IMG/VR virus record: IMGVR_UViG_3300028887_000075
Coordinates: 32,001-96,000 of that record
DNA from: a virus
Taxonomy: Duplodnaviria; Caudoviricetes
Length of the DNA stretch: 64,000 nucleotides
Direction: 5' to 3' (one strand)
Numbering within the stretch: position 1 is the stretch's first letter; each line of letters begins with the position of its first letter. The position numbers and the translations under genes are program-made. The notes beneath the pieces were generated by a model. It did not search any database. It was not told where the DNA came from and saw only the letters and a program-made list of their open reading frames with translations. Shown in pieces: positions 29,395-38,602 of the stretch.

Positions 29395-29465
29395 AGGCTA
29401 ACTCCCGTTCATTTCGTAGCGAAAAATGCCTGAGCAACAACTTGGGTGGACAAAGCCATTATTTT
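29395..29465 (+). ncRNA. Candidate ~70-nt structured small RNA
   Basis: Own class A promoter (29379); GGCT/AGCC closing stem, internal hairpins, ends in T-tract; no plausible ORF. Confidence 0.4.
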
Positions 29466-29488
29466 TTGCTATATTTGGAGAAACAACT

Positions 29489-29605
29489 AGCAGGGGGACA
29501 TTTCGTTGTGCGTATGTCCTTAAATGAGGGTCCGACGGCGGGGTCGGCTGCTGGCAGACGTGCCAGATGAGCCGGATACCCAACGCCCATTAGAAAAACC
29601 CTGCT
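29489..29605 (+). ncRNA. Candidate ~120-nt structured RNA or leader
   Basis: Class A promoter (29466); AGCAGGG/CCCTGCT closing stem, GGACAT/ATGTCC hairpin, long nested hairpin 29537-29587. Confidence 0.55.
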
Positions 29606-29631
29606 TATTAACTTAAACAGGAGACCAAACA

Positions 29632-30033
29632 ATGGCCAAGCAGAAACTTCCCAATCTTCCCCAGCATGTCAAGGACACCGTAGTTCGCTACTTCAAGGAC
29701 GTAGCCAAGAAACTCCCGGTGTGCAAGACTATCCAGCCTCTCAAGGCGGAGGAATCCAACGGAATCACCGGATTTAGCCACTTCAATGCCGAGGTGACCG
29801 AGGAGAACGCCGAGCAGATGTGGTGCAGGGATACCGTCTGCATCGCGGACGTAATCTACTTCAAGGACGGAATGGCGCTTCTTTCCGTTACAGTATACCG
29901 TCGGCTTGCCGAGTGCAACGGCCAGTATTTCGGTTCCTCCACCGAGGAGTACCATGCTGATGGCAGCAACGTCGGCTGGCTCGAGTGCCTCGCCACCAAG
30001 GTCGAGAAGAAGGAACTCCCGCAGGATGGTTGA
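29632..30033 (+). CDS. Hypothetical protein
   Basis: AGGAG RBS. Confidence 0.65.
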   Translation: MAKQKLPNLPQHVKDTVVRYFKDVAKKLPVCKTIQPLKAEESNGITGFSHFNAEVTEENAEQMWCRDTVCIADVIYFKDGMALLSVTVYRRLAECNGQYFGSSTEEYHADGSNVGWLECLATKVEKKELPQDG

Positions 30034-30727
30034 TAACTTCGACATCGTCCGTTCGCTGATGCATTTCGAACTGGACGGGGACATCTACTTCCTGGAGATT
30101 ATCCGCCGAGGCAAGGACTTCGGGGAAACCGGGGATCGGTTTGTCAGGGACTACCATATCCACTCGTTCGAACAGTTCGACAAGCTGAAGCCCGAAATCA
30201 TCTCCCAGTGCGAATCGAATGGCGCCCGGGCCTACATCAGGCTGAACCAGAGGAACATCGAGGACGCGAACATTCACGCCCAGATGGAGATGCTGAAGGA
30301 TCAGCTGACGAGGAACCAAACTATCCGCAAGATGCGCCGTACCGGGAACACGAACACCCTGTTGCACAAGAAGCTGAACAAGATGCGCTCGGCTACCAAG
30401 GTGTACGGCTCGGTTCTCGGGCAGTACAGCTCGGAGGGCAGGGCCACGACCAAGTGGATTATCGACATCGATGCCGACAGGATTGTTCCTGACATCCCGG
30501 AGTTCGCATCGTTGGGCGCAATCGCCGACACCTACTCGAAGTTCATCGAGTCCGAGTGCGACCCGAAGGGAGTGTTCAAGGAACTGGCCAGGATTCCTTC
30601 CAAGACCGGCCTGCACCTCGTTACCCGCCCGTTCAACGTGAAGCCATTCTCCGACAGGTTCGGCAAGGACAAGAACGGGGACGCATTCGTCAAGAGCGAC
30701 GGCATAACAAACCTCTATATCCCGTAG
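30026..30727 (+). CDS. Hypothetical protein, possible AEP primase-polymerase-like fold
   Basis: WIIDID and SKTGLHL resemble AEP motifs I and II. Confidence 0.5.
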   Translation: MVDNFDIVRSLMHFELDGDIYFLEIIRRGKDFGETGDRFVRDYHIHSFEQFDKLKPEIISQCESNGARAYIRLNQRNIEDANIHAQMEMLKDQLTRNQTIRKMRRTGNTNTLLHKKLNKMRSATKVYGSVLGQYSSEGRATTKWIIDIDADRIVPDIPEFASLGAIADTYSKFIESECDPKGVFKELARIPSKTGLHLVTRPFNVKPFSDRFGKDKNGDAFVKSDGITNLYIP

Positions 30728-30762
30728 TTGATATAGTTTCTCCGGTAGATACGGAGGTTATC

Positions 30763-31059
30763 ATGAAGTTCACACTTGACGGCGTATACTGCAGCCACCT
30801 TGTAATCATTGACGACGCCGAGCAAACTCCCGGTGCATCCCGGTCGATTACCCGGTTCCGTCAGGAATGCGTCGCACCCATCGAGACTGCGATGATTGAA
30901 CTGAAGCCGCCCGACAGGTTCACCGACCTCAGCGAGGTACATAGCCTGGTATCCGGAATTCTCGGACAGCACGGGTTCAAGGTCGACCGCGCGGCCTTCG
31001 AGACTGACCGCAACGACGGACTTGTCAAGGCCACCTTCGAAATCAGCAGCGAGGAATAG
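30763..31059 (+). CDS. Hypothetical protein
   Basis: GGAGG RBS. Confidence 0.55.
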   Translation: MKFTLDGVYCSHLVIIDDAEQTPGASRSITRFRQECVAPIETAMIELKPPDRFTDLSEVHSLVSGILGQHGFKVDRAAFETDRNDGLVKATFEISSEE

Positions 31060-31061
31060 AT

Positions 31062-31388
31062 ATGCCTACATTGCAGGACTTGACCGCCGTAAACCAGGGC
31101 GAGATGGTCGAGAAGGCCGTCGAAGCCAAGCGCGAAGAACTCCAGAACATGTGTGTAAAGGCATGGATGGCTGCATCCGAGGAATACGCCAAGTGGGAAC
31201 CTAAGAATCTCGACAAAACCGTCCCTGAACGGCTCAACCACCTGCAGGAGAACCTCTGCAAGGAATACATGAAGGCCACCATTGATGCCTTCAATTCCGG
31301 CTTCATCACCGGTCTGAACACGGCCTTCGACATCGTCGAGGCCAAGGCCATGGAGCTAGGACAGATACCCAAGGAAGCCCTGAACTAG
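31062..31388 (+). CDS. Hypothetical protein
   Basis: GAGG RBS; helical. Confidence 0.6.
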   Translation: MPTLQDLTAVNQGEMVEKAVEAKREELQNMCVKAWMAASEEYAKWEPKNLDKTVPERLNHLQENLCKEYMKATIDAFNSGFITGLNTAFDIVEAKAMELGQIPKEALN

Positions 31389-31412
31389 CCATGCCGGTAT
31401 AAACTCCCGGTT

Positions 31413-33095
31413 ATGCAGATGATATTCAATGAACCCGGGCCGGTATTCGAGGCGGCAAACCTTGCGTTCAACGCCCTATTTGAAGGCGTAAACGTCGCAA
31501 ACGCGCTCAGCAAGGCCAGGCACGACCTAATCAACGACTACGAAGTCGCTCCCGAAAATGCAGCATACATAGTGAACCTGGTAAAGAATACCGTGTTCGA
31601 CCCGATGGCCGCTCCCGGCGCGAAGCCGGAATCCGACCCGACGGTAAAGAAGTATATCAGCCTGATGCCCATTATCGCACGGTACGTGGCCAAAGAAATC
31701 ATCGAGATGCATTTTGGCGAGATAAACGAGAATACCAGGCAGCGTACTGCCTATCTCGGAGAGGAAATCCGCAAATATCTGGAATCGACCCCAAATCCGA
31801 ACCTTGACGAGAGCAAGTTGTTTGAACTGGACAAGGCCGGTGCATATAACGTGACCAACACGGTACCCAAGGATATGGGCTATAAGGCGATTCCGGTCAA
31901 GTCATCCGCAGAACTTAACCGGAAGCTGGTCGAACTCGGGGCAGACGAGGTACCGTGGTGCATAAGGAAGGAGGACCCGTGGAGGTCGTATTCCAATGAC
32001 GGAGTTAACTCGTTCTATATCCTGTACAACGGGTCTCTGCCCAAGACTGACCCCATGTCGGTAATCGGCACGTTCGTTACGCCGGGTGGAAGGGTTTCGT
32101 CAGCGTTCGACCGTCCGAACCATGCGGTGAACTTCGAGCAGACCGCCGACCTTCTGGCATCTACCGGTGTAAAGGTTGCAACCGACCATACGCTTAACTC
32201 TATACTGAAGGACGGGCTGTACGAGTTGGAGAACGTGGTCGAGAAGTGCGACAAGATAACAAGCGACCTATACCTGGTGAAGAATCATCACGGCGACCTG
32301 TCAAACATAGTAGCGTACTACAAGGGACAGTACAAGGCGGTCATACCGGACTGGGTGGACAGCGAGAAATTCGCTATAATCTATGACGGGAATTATCCCC
32401 TTTTCGTAACGGACGGGCAGAACGTATATTCGCTCAGCGAGCCGTACGAGAAGTGGTGCAGCATACCGGATGGACTTAGGGTCACCGGCGAAAGGGCGTC
32501 AGAGGACAACGCTGCCATTGTATACGTGAAGCGGGATGACCGTATCGTCAACATTCTTGATATCGACTATGGGGAACTACTGCTGGATGCCGCGAGCGAT
32601 GTGCCGTTCGACGATTCTCGGTTCTATAGTAAATGGGAGTCAAGTTCAGGTAGGCGACGCGAGCATCCGTCGACGAGGCTAACTGAAAACTCCTCATGGG
32701 TACTGGAGTATCATACTCCCAGGAAACGCGAGAAGTATCCAGACATGCGCGTTTCCCGTGATGTGCAGACCGAGCCTGACATATTATACGTGGTAACTGA
32801 GCAGGGAAAGAACCTTGCCGATTGCCCGAAGGTTGAGATACCGGTGGATTGGTATGTCACCTATGTATCCAGGAATGGAAAATACTGCCTCATCAAGAGA
32901 GCCCGTGGCATTCCGGCGAATGACCCGGACTTCAACCGGTATTTTCTCATGGTCGATGGGCAGGTTAGCCAAAAGTCATTCGAGGATATAGATGACAACG
33001 GCGACGGCATATGGTCACTATATCCGAGTCTTGAAAAAGGTTCCGTCTATTATGACCTGAATACAGAAACCGGCGAAATTGAGGCCAAGACATAA
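31413..33095 (+). CDS. Putative virion/ejection protein with leader motif
   Basis: ATG 7 nt after ATAAACT; N-terminal FEAANLAFNALFEG; internal PWCI..W..Y. Confidence 0.65.
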   Translation: MQMIFNEPGPVFEAANLAFNALFEGVNVANALSKARHDLINDYEVAPENAAYIVNLVKNTVFDPMAAPGAKPESDPTVKKYISLMPIIARYVAKEIIEMHFGEINENTRQRTAYLGEEIRKYLESTPNPNLDESKLFELDKAGAYNVTNTVPKDMGYKAIPVKSSAELNRKLVELGADEVPWCIRKEDPWRSYSNDGVNSFYILYNGSLPKTDPMSVIGTFVTPGGRVSSAFDRPNHAVNFEQTADLLASTGVKVATDHTLNSILKDGLYELENVVEKCDKITSDLYLVKNHHGDLSNIVAYYKGQYKAVIPDWVDSEKFAIIYDGNYPLFVTDGQNVYSLSEPYEKWCSIPDGLRVTGERASEDNAAIVYVKRDDRIVNILDIDYGELLLDAASDVPFDDSRFYSKWESSSGRRREHPSTRLTENSSWVLEYHTPRKREKYPDMRVSRDVQTEPDILYVVTEQGKNLADCPKVEIPVDWYVTYVSRNGKYCLIKRARGIPANDPDFNRYFLMVDGQVSQKSFEDIDDNGDGIWSLYPSLEKGSVYYDLNTETGEIEAKT

Positions 33096-33096
33096 T

Positions 33097-33663
33097 CTAG
33101 AGGCTCTTCCAGTCAGCCCTGGCACGCGCCAGGGCGTTTTCGTATTCTGACTTTGCCTGTATCATGTAGGCGGCTATGTAGCCCTTGAGCAGGTCTGCGG
33201 CTACCTGCCGGTAGCCCCCGGAGAAGTATACCCGGTTCCCAGCCTGGCAGTACCCCTTGGCATCCACCTGGACCTCGGCGTAGCTGTCGCACTCGTCCAC
33301 CTCGGACTCGGAAATACCGTTGACTAGGTCCCACTTCATCTCGTATATCGCGTCCGGTTTCGGCCGGGTGACGTCTACCGTGACCGTGATTTCGTTCCCG
33401 GCCATGTCCTTGAAGATGACCGCCTTGCCGGAGGTAGTGGTGGCCACCTGGACCACGGATAGCGAATCCGGTCGCTTCTCCGAGTGCTGTCCGGCGGTGG
33501 CTCCCGGGTGGTAAATCATCTTGTGGTGCGTGGGGCACAGGGGTATGGTGACGTCCTTGTTCAGGGTGACCCCCAGTTCCTTCGGGTGGATGTGATGGAA
33601 CTCTATAAGGGACCTGTCGTCGGTCTCGTACTGGCAATTAGGGAACACGCACCTGTACTTCAT
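33097..33663 (-). CDS. HNH endonuclease-like protein
   Basis: C..PNC, EFHHIHP, LCPTHH. Confidence 0.7.
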   Translation of the reverse strand: MKYRCVFPNCQYETDDRSLIEFHHIHPKELGVTLNKDVTIPLCPTHHKMIYHPGATAGQHSEKRPDSLSVVQVATTTSGKAVIFKDMAGNEITVTVDVTRPKPDAIYEMKWDLVNGISESEVDECDSYAEVQVDAKGYCQAGNRVYFSGGYRQVAADLLKGYIAAYMIQAKSEYENALARARADWKSL

Positions 33664-33718
33664 GGCCTGAAACTACTCCATATTCCGCGGAACGGCGATT
33701 TTTTGCTATATTTGTGGC

Positions 33719-34219
33719 ATGCGGTTCATGAAGTACATACTGCTCCTGGCATCCCTGGCACTGTCGGCCGAATACGGGATGATGTCCGTCTGCACCAGGC
33801 TGGACGGGCACGAGTACTGCTATACCGCCGAGAGCAGGTATGTCGCCATAGAGATTGGGGGAACCCTCCTCGTGGCCAACGGGTTCAACCACCAGAAGTT
33901 CTTCCAGGCCGGGAAGGATACTACCTTCTACAACAAGGACAGCATCATGATATGGTACGCCCCGATGAAGGACGAGGACTCTACCTTGTTCCTCGTCCAC
34001 GAGTTCCGGGACGACGATGCACACGGCAAGACAAAGAACCTGTGGATTTCCGATACCACAGGGTGCGTCACAGTGAAGTACGCCGGGGGCAACCGGGAGA
34101 ACTACGACAGGTTCTACCGGAGCTTCCGGGTGGACACGATGGAACACGAGTTGATGCTTATAGGCAAGTGCCAGGACAAGAGATATGGAAAACAGCCCGA
34201 AAAAATTACCAAGCCTTGA
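33719..34219 (+). CDS. Secreted hypothetical protein, probably leaderless
   Basis: Signal peptide MKYILLLASLALSA; ATG 4 nt after class A motif. Confidence 0.6.
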   Translation: MRFMKYILLLASLALSAEYGMMSVCTRLDGHEYCYTAESRYVAIEIGGTLLVANGFNHQKFFQAGKDTTFYNKDSIMIWYAPMKDEDSTLFLVHEFRDDDAHGKTKNLWISDTTGCVTVKYAGGNRENYDRFYRSFRVDTMEHELMLIGKCQDKRYGKQPEKITKP

Positions 34220-35378
34220 CGAGTACCTGAAGGAGGCCGAGGGACCCTGCCTGAACAAGACGGTGTCCCCGGACGGCAAGTACGTCAAGTTCAAGTATAC
34301 CGACCACTGCACCTACTCGATGGGGTGGAACGAGGTGACCCTGCATGCCAGGGGGCACGTGTTCCGCCTTTCCGACGGCAAGTGCGTACTCCGTCCCTGG
34401 GACAAGTTCTTCAACTACGGGGAACTGTTCGGTCAGGACGGGAAACCCACCCAGCTGTACAAATTGCTCGACGATACTCCGGACATGCGCCCCGAGCGTG
34501 CCCTGCAGGGCCCGTTTACGGCCACCGAGAAGTTCGACGGCTCGCTCTGCATAGCGGGCATCGTGGATGGTGCACTTCTGTGCACTAGTTCCGGGTCGTT
34601 CACCGCGTGGCAGGCGGAGTGGGCCAGTGACTGGCTCGAGCGCAACAACGTAGACAAGTGCATGCGCGAGGGAATGACCTACCTGTTCGAGATTATCGCC
34701 GATGCCGACCTGCATCCTATCCGTTATGCCTTCGAAGGCTGTGTATTGCTCGGAATCATCGACAACGATACCGGTATCGAGCTCCCGTATGACGAACTTA
34801 TGGATTTCGGACCGCCACTCCACCTGCCGGTAACTCCCAGGACCTTCTGCGTGAACCTCAACGACGCCATGTCATATGTAAGGAACCTCCCGAAGACACA
34901 GGAAGGCCTCGTGGTGACATACCCGTCCGGATTCAAGCTGAAGCTTAAGGGGCCGGAGTTCCTGAAGATACAGAAGGTGTTCCACAGCCTGTCCGAGAAG
35001 AGTCTCCTGGAGGCGTTCGATTATCACAGGGGAGACTTCCCTGCTGATATACGGGAAGTTGTACCGGAGGAGTTCAAGGACCTCTGGGCTTTCATGAACA
35101 ACTTCAAGGCCGACTACGAGATGAACCTGTGCATGTGCCTGGGATACAGGGCATATGCTATTGCCCACGAGTATACCCCCAGGGAAGTATGGGATGGGGC
35201 AAACCGGGTATTCACTGGGAGGAGCCGGTTAATCGGGGCGGCCACGGCAGCAGCGAAAGTCAAGTGTATCGACGACCCGTTTCTCCATTCCATATGGAAA
35301 ATTGTATATGACGCCATGGTCAAGGAATGGAAGGACAAGAAGGACAACAAGGACAACAAGGAAGTTAGCAATGGCTAA
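34185..35378 (+). CDS. T4 Rnl1-like RNA ligase
   Basis: ARG..F, KFFNYGE, TEKFDGS, TYLFEI, EGLVV, KLK. Confidence 0.88.
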   Translation: MENSPKKLPSLDEYLKEAEGPCLNKTVSPDGKYVKFKYTDHCTYSMGWNEVTLHARGHVFRLSDGKCVLRPWDKFFNYGELFGQDGKPTQLYKLLDDTPDMRPERALQGPFTATEKFDGSLCIAGIVDGALLCTSSGSFTAWQAEWASDWLERNNVDKCMREGMTYLFEIIADADLHPIRYAFEGCVLLGIIDNDTGIELPYDELMDFGPPLHLPVTPRTFCVNLNDAMSYVRNLPKTQEGLVVTYPSGFKLKLKGPEFLKIQKVFHSLSEKSLLEAFDYHRGDFPADIREVVPEEFKDLWAFMNNFKADYEMNLCMCLGYRAYAIAHEYTPREVWDGANRVFTGRSRLIGAATAAAKVKCIDDPFLHSIWKIVYDAMVKEWKDKKDNKDNKEVSNG

Positions 35379-36597
35379 TCACTTACCGCAAATCATCGAG
35401 TATCTCAGCGACAACGACTTCTACAAGTATACCATGGGGCAGATGTTCGTGCACCAGTTCCCCGACGCAACCTGCGAGTGGACCTACAAGAACCGCGACC
35501 CCGAGCGCAAGTTCACAAGGGAGATGATTGACGAAATAAACTACCAGATTGACCTGTACTCCAAGCTCCGCTATACCGAGTGGGAACTCGATCAGTTCGC
35601 AAAGATTCCGTTCATCAAGGGCGACTACGTGAACTTCCTCCGCAGGTACACTGTAGACCGCAGCCACATCACCTGCGAGTTCGACGAGCAGACCGAGCAG
35701 CCGGTAATCCATTTCCGCGGCTACAACGTGGACGAGAGCTACCACGAGGTGCCGGTGATGGCCATCGTGTCCGAGGTGTGGTTCCGCATGACCTACAGCG
35801 AGGAGCAGCAGGCGGCAATCATCGCCGACGCCAAGGCCAGGTTCAGCGAGAAGCTGGATTCCCTCATCTCCGGCAAGGTCAAGCTCGGGGCGTTCTCCGA
35901 GTTCGGTACCCGCCGGAGGTTCTGCCGGGAGTTCCAGGAATGGGCCGTGGACGAATTGATGAAGTACAAATTCGACGGGACCAAGTATGTAGGCACGTCC
36001 AACGTGTACATCTCCTTCGTGAAGGGGACTTCCCCGAAGGGCACGATGGCCCACGAGGCCAACGAGCTTGTCGGCCAGGGATATCCTTTCCATAACCCGT
36101 CATACTCCAACTACTACCTGATGAAGGCGTGGATTAAGGAATACGGTGTACAGAACGGCATCTTCCTTACTGACTGCATCACCACCGACTGCTTCCTGAA
36201 GGACTTCGACATAACGTACGCTACGCTCTTCAGCGGTCTCCGCCACGATTCCGGCGACCCGATGGAGTGGGGCGAGAAGATGCTCTCCCACTACCAGAAG
36301 CTCGGCATCGACACAAGGACAAAAACCCTCCTGTTCAGCGACAGCCTGGACTTCCAGCGCGCCGAGGTGATATACCAGAGGTTCTCGCTCCGTTGCGGCG
36401 TCGCGTTCGGAATCGGCACGTGGCTCCTGAACGACACAGGGCACTTCAAGGCAATGAACCAGGTAATCAAGCTCACCGAGGTCAACGGAATCCCGGTATG
36501 CAAGATTTCGGACGCTCCCGGCAAGTTCATGGGGAAATCCGAGGAGTACCGCAACTACCTCCAGCGGGCAATCGACTGGCGAGTGAACCACGGATAA
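35371..36597 (+). CDS. pncB: Nicotinate phosphoribosyltransferase
   Basis: DNDFYKYTM, EFGTRRR, GTSNV, GTMAHE, RHDSGDP, FSDSLD, FGIGT, KISDAPGK. Confidence 0.93.
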   Translation: MANHLPQIIEYLSDNDFYKYTMGQMFVHQFPDATCEWTYKNRDPERKFTREMIDEINYQIDLYSKLRYTEWELDQFAKIPFIKGDYVNFLRRYTVDRSHITCEFDEQTEQPVIHFRGYNVDESYHEVPVMAIVSEVWFRMTYSEEQQAAIIADAKARFSEKLDSLISGKVKLGAFSEFGTRRRFCREFQEWAVDELMKYKFDGTKYVGTSNVYISFVKGTSPKGTMAHEANELVGQGYPFHNPSYSNYYLMKAWIKEYGVQNGIFLTDCITTDCFLKDFDITYATLFSGLRHDSGDPMEWGEKMLSHYQKLGIDTRTKTLLFSDSLDFQRAEVIYQRFSLRCGVAFGIGTWLLNDTGHFKAMNQVIKLTEVNGIPVCKISDAPGKFMGKSEEYRNYLQRAIDWRVNHG

Positions 36598-36617
36598 TTG
36601 CTATATTTGGAAGCAAC

Positions 36618-37805
36618 ATGGATAACAAGAAGCATACATTGGTTTACGGTGGCGCCTTCGACCCGCCCACCGTTGCCCACGAGGCGATAATCCGCGACCT
36701 GGTCCGCATGGCCGAGGTTTCGGGCGATACCAGAATCCTAATCTACGTCACCGACAACGACGAGAAGAAGTATTCCGCCCAGGTCGCCGACCGCGTAAAC
36801 ATGGTGAAGGCCATGCTGCGGACGATGCGAATCTATGCCGGGACAATAACGCTGAGCCCGGAAGGCATGGACATAGACGTACTGCCGCAGAAGAACAGGC
36901 TGTACAAACAGCTAGGCATCGACCACCTGCTTGACGGGTCGGCGACGGTATGCCTCGGAATGGACGAGTGGGATGACCTGTGCATGGGTGCCCGCGGGGC
37001 GTTCCGCATTGCCAACGGTACCATCCAGTGCATAAGCCAATGGGACAGTCCGGCCGAACTTGCCGAGAAGGTATGTTTCCGCATATACTCCAGGGACCGC
37101 CAGAAGCAACCGGAGTACACCCCGAAGACCCTGGGGGTCGACTACGTGCCCATCCCGATACCGCCGGCATCGTCCACGGAGGCAAGGAAGACTCTCGGGT
37201 TCAGCCCGTTCGCCGCCCCCGCGGAAATCCCCCCGAGCGTAAGGGAATACATCTCGCTTCACCGGCTGTACGGGCAGGAGCGCATGCTTGACCACATGTC
37301 CGAGGAACGCGAGTTCCTTAGGCTGTACTCTGCGAAGGACTTCCCGAAGCCATCGGTTACTGCCACGGTGGTCATCCATAACGACCGCCAGGTACTCCTG
37401 GTCAGGAGGAAGGCTCCCCCGTTCAAGGGATACTGGTGCTTCCCCGGAGGCTTCTCGGAGCCGTTCGAGGACATCGAGGAAGTTGGACTCAGGGAGCTCC
37501 GGGAGGAGACCTGGATTGAATCCAGGCTGCCGGTAACCCACCTGGGCGTATACACCCCGGACGACCCCAGGGTATCCCGGGAGAGGGGCGAGTGGGCGTA
37601 CGACGTCGCGCTCGAGATAGACATTGGCTCCGATGTCACCCCGGTCGCGAAGGCGGGCGACGACGCGGCCGACGTGAAGTGGGTGGACTTCGAGGACATG
37701 GACAGGGTAGACCTGGCGTTCCACCACCGCAAGATATGGAATGTTTTCAACAGCAACCGTGGCGGAATCACGGTGAATCCGGTTCCGCGCACGATACCGG
37801 TATAG
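36618..37805 (+). CDS. nadD: NadD-type adenylyltransferase fused to ADP-ribose-type Nudix hydrolase
   Basis: GGAFDPPTVAH, G.D, SSTEAR, V.EYI..HRLY; Nudix box GG..EPFEDIEEVGLRELREET, AGDDA, LAFHH. Confidence 0.88.
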   Translation: MDNKKHTLVYGGAFDPPTVAHEAIIRDLVRMAEVSGDTRILIYVTDNDEKKYSAQVADRVNMVKAMLRTMRIYAGTITLSPEGMDIDVLPQKNRLYKQLGIDHLLDGSATVCLGMDEWDDLCMGARGAFRIANGTIQCISQWDSPAELAEKVCFRIYSRDRQKQPEYTPKTLGVDYVPIPIPPASSTEARKTLGFSPFAAPAEIPPSVREYISLHRLYGQERMLDHMSEEREFLRLYSAKDFPKPSVTATVVIHNDRQVLLVRRKAPPFKGYWCFPGGFSEPFEDIEEVGLRELREETWIESRLPVTHLGVYTPDDPRVSRERGEWAYDVALEIDIGSDVTPVAKAGDDAADVKWVDFEDMDRVDLAFHHRKIWNVFNSNRGGITVNPVPRTIPV

Positions 37806-37817
37806 GATGGTACTGCA

Positions 37818-38417
37818 ATGCACATAGACAAGAACAACAAGGAAATACTCGTAGTCGTCGACATGCAGAACGACTTCATCGACGGGGTACTCGAGAACCC
37901 CGCGGCCAAGCGCATCGTTCCCGCCGTAGTGGAGGAAATCCGCCGGTGGGAGGGGAAGGTGGTAGCCACCCGAGACACACACTTCGCCGACGGATTCTCC
38001 GATTCCATCGAGGGAAAGCGCCTGCCGATGCATTGCGAGTACGGTACGCACGGCTGGGAAATCGAGAAGAGCGTGGACAAGGCTCTCCGGGACCAGTGCG
38101 CCACGTTCGTCGACAAGCACAACTTCGGCTTCATCGACTGGCCGAAGGTGCTGTTCGGCATAGATTCCACCGACCAGGACGCGGTCGCCGCGCTCACTGC
38201 CGGGAAGAACATCAGAATCAGGTTCCTGGGCACCTGCACGGACATATGCGACCTGTCCAACGTGGCAATATGCCGTACGTGGTTCCCGGATGCGGTAATC
38301 GAGGTGGTCGAGGGTGCCACCGCCGCGTCGTTCGACGACGCCAACCAGAAGGCCGCCCTCGACATGTGCCGCTCGATGCTGTGTGACGTGGTGCCTACCG
38401 TCTACGAGGAGAAATAA
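37818..38417 (+). CDS. pncA: Nicotinamidase
   Basis: VVDMQNDF, TRDTH, HC..GT.GW, DK..FG, GTCTDIC. Confidence 0.9.
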   Translation: MHIDKNNKEILVVVDMQNDFIDGVLENPAAKRIVPAVVEEIRRWEGKVVATRDTHFADGFSDSIEGKRLPMHCEYGTHGWEIEKSVDKALRDQCATFVDKHNFGFIDWPKVLFGIDSTDQDAVAALTAGKNIRIRFLGTCTDICDLSNVAICRTWFPDAVIEVVEGATAASFDDANQKAALDMCRSMLCDVVPTVYEEK

Positions 38418-38419
38418 CA

Positions 38420-38602
38420 ATGTTCGGCGTATTCAAGAGAAACCAGGATGGTACCGAGGAACTTGTCGCCCGCTCCGGCGACTGGCTCAAGGCGCACGAC
38501 TACGCCGATTCGCTAAACGAGGACCGGAATGGTCCGGATGGTGCAACCTACCAAGTGAAGGAAGTGGAAAATGCTTCGAACGCTGTCATTGTTCAGGATT
38601 GA
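38420..38602 (+). CDS. 60-aa hypothetical protein inside the NAD cluster
   Basis: GAGGAG RBS, between pncA and nadE. Confidence 0.55.
   Translation: MFGVFKRNQDGTEELVARSGDWLKAHDYADSLNEDRNGPDGATYQVKEVENASNAVIVQD

Noticed and set aside
29551-29600. CAGATGA...GAAA resemblance to a hammerhead ribozyme core
   Set aside because: Core is not CTGATGA and the stems do not fit hammerhead topology.
35331-35361. AAGGACAAC tandem repeat
   Set aside because: Simple coding low-complexity tail (KDKKDNKDNK).
35371-37805. Calling the NAD genes NARP2 (Nampt/Nmnat)
   Set aside because: Motifs fit nicotinate PRTase and NadD, and adjacent pncA and nadE only make sense for the deamidated route.
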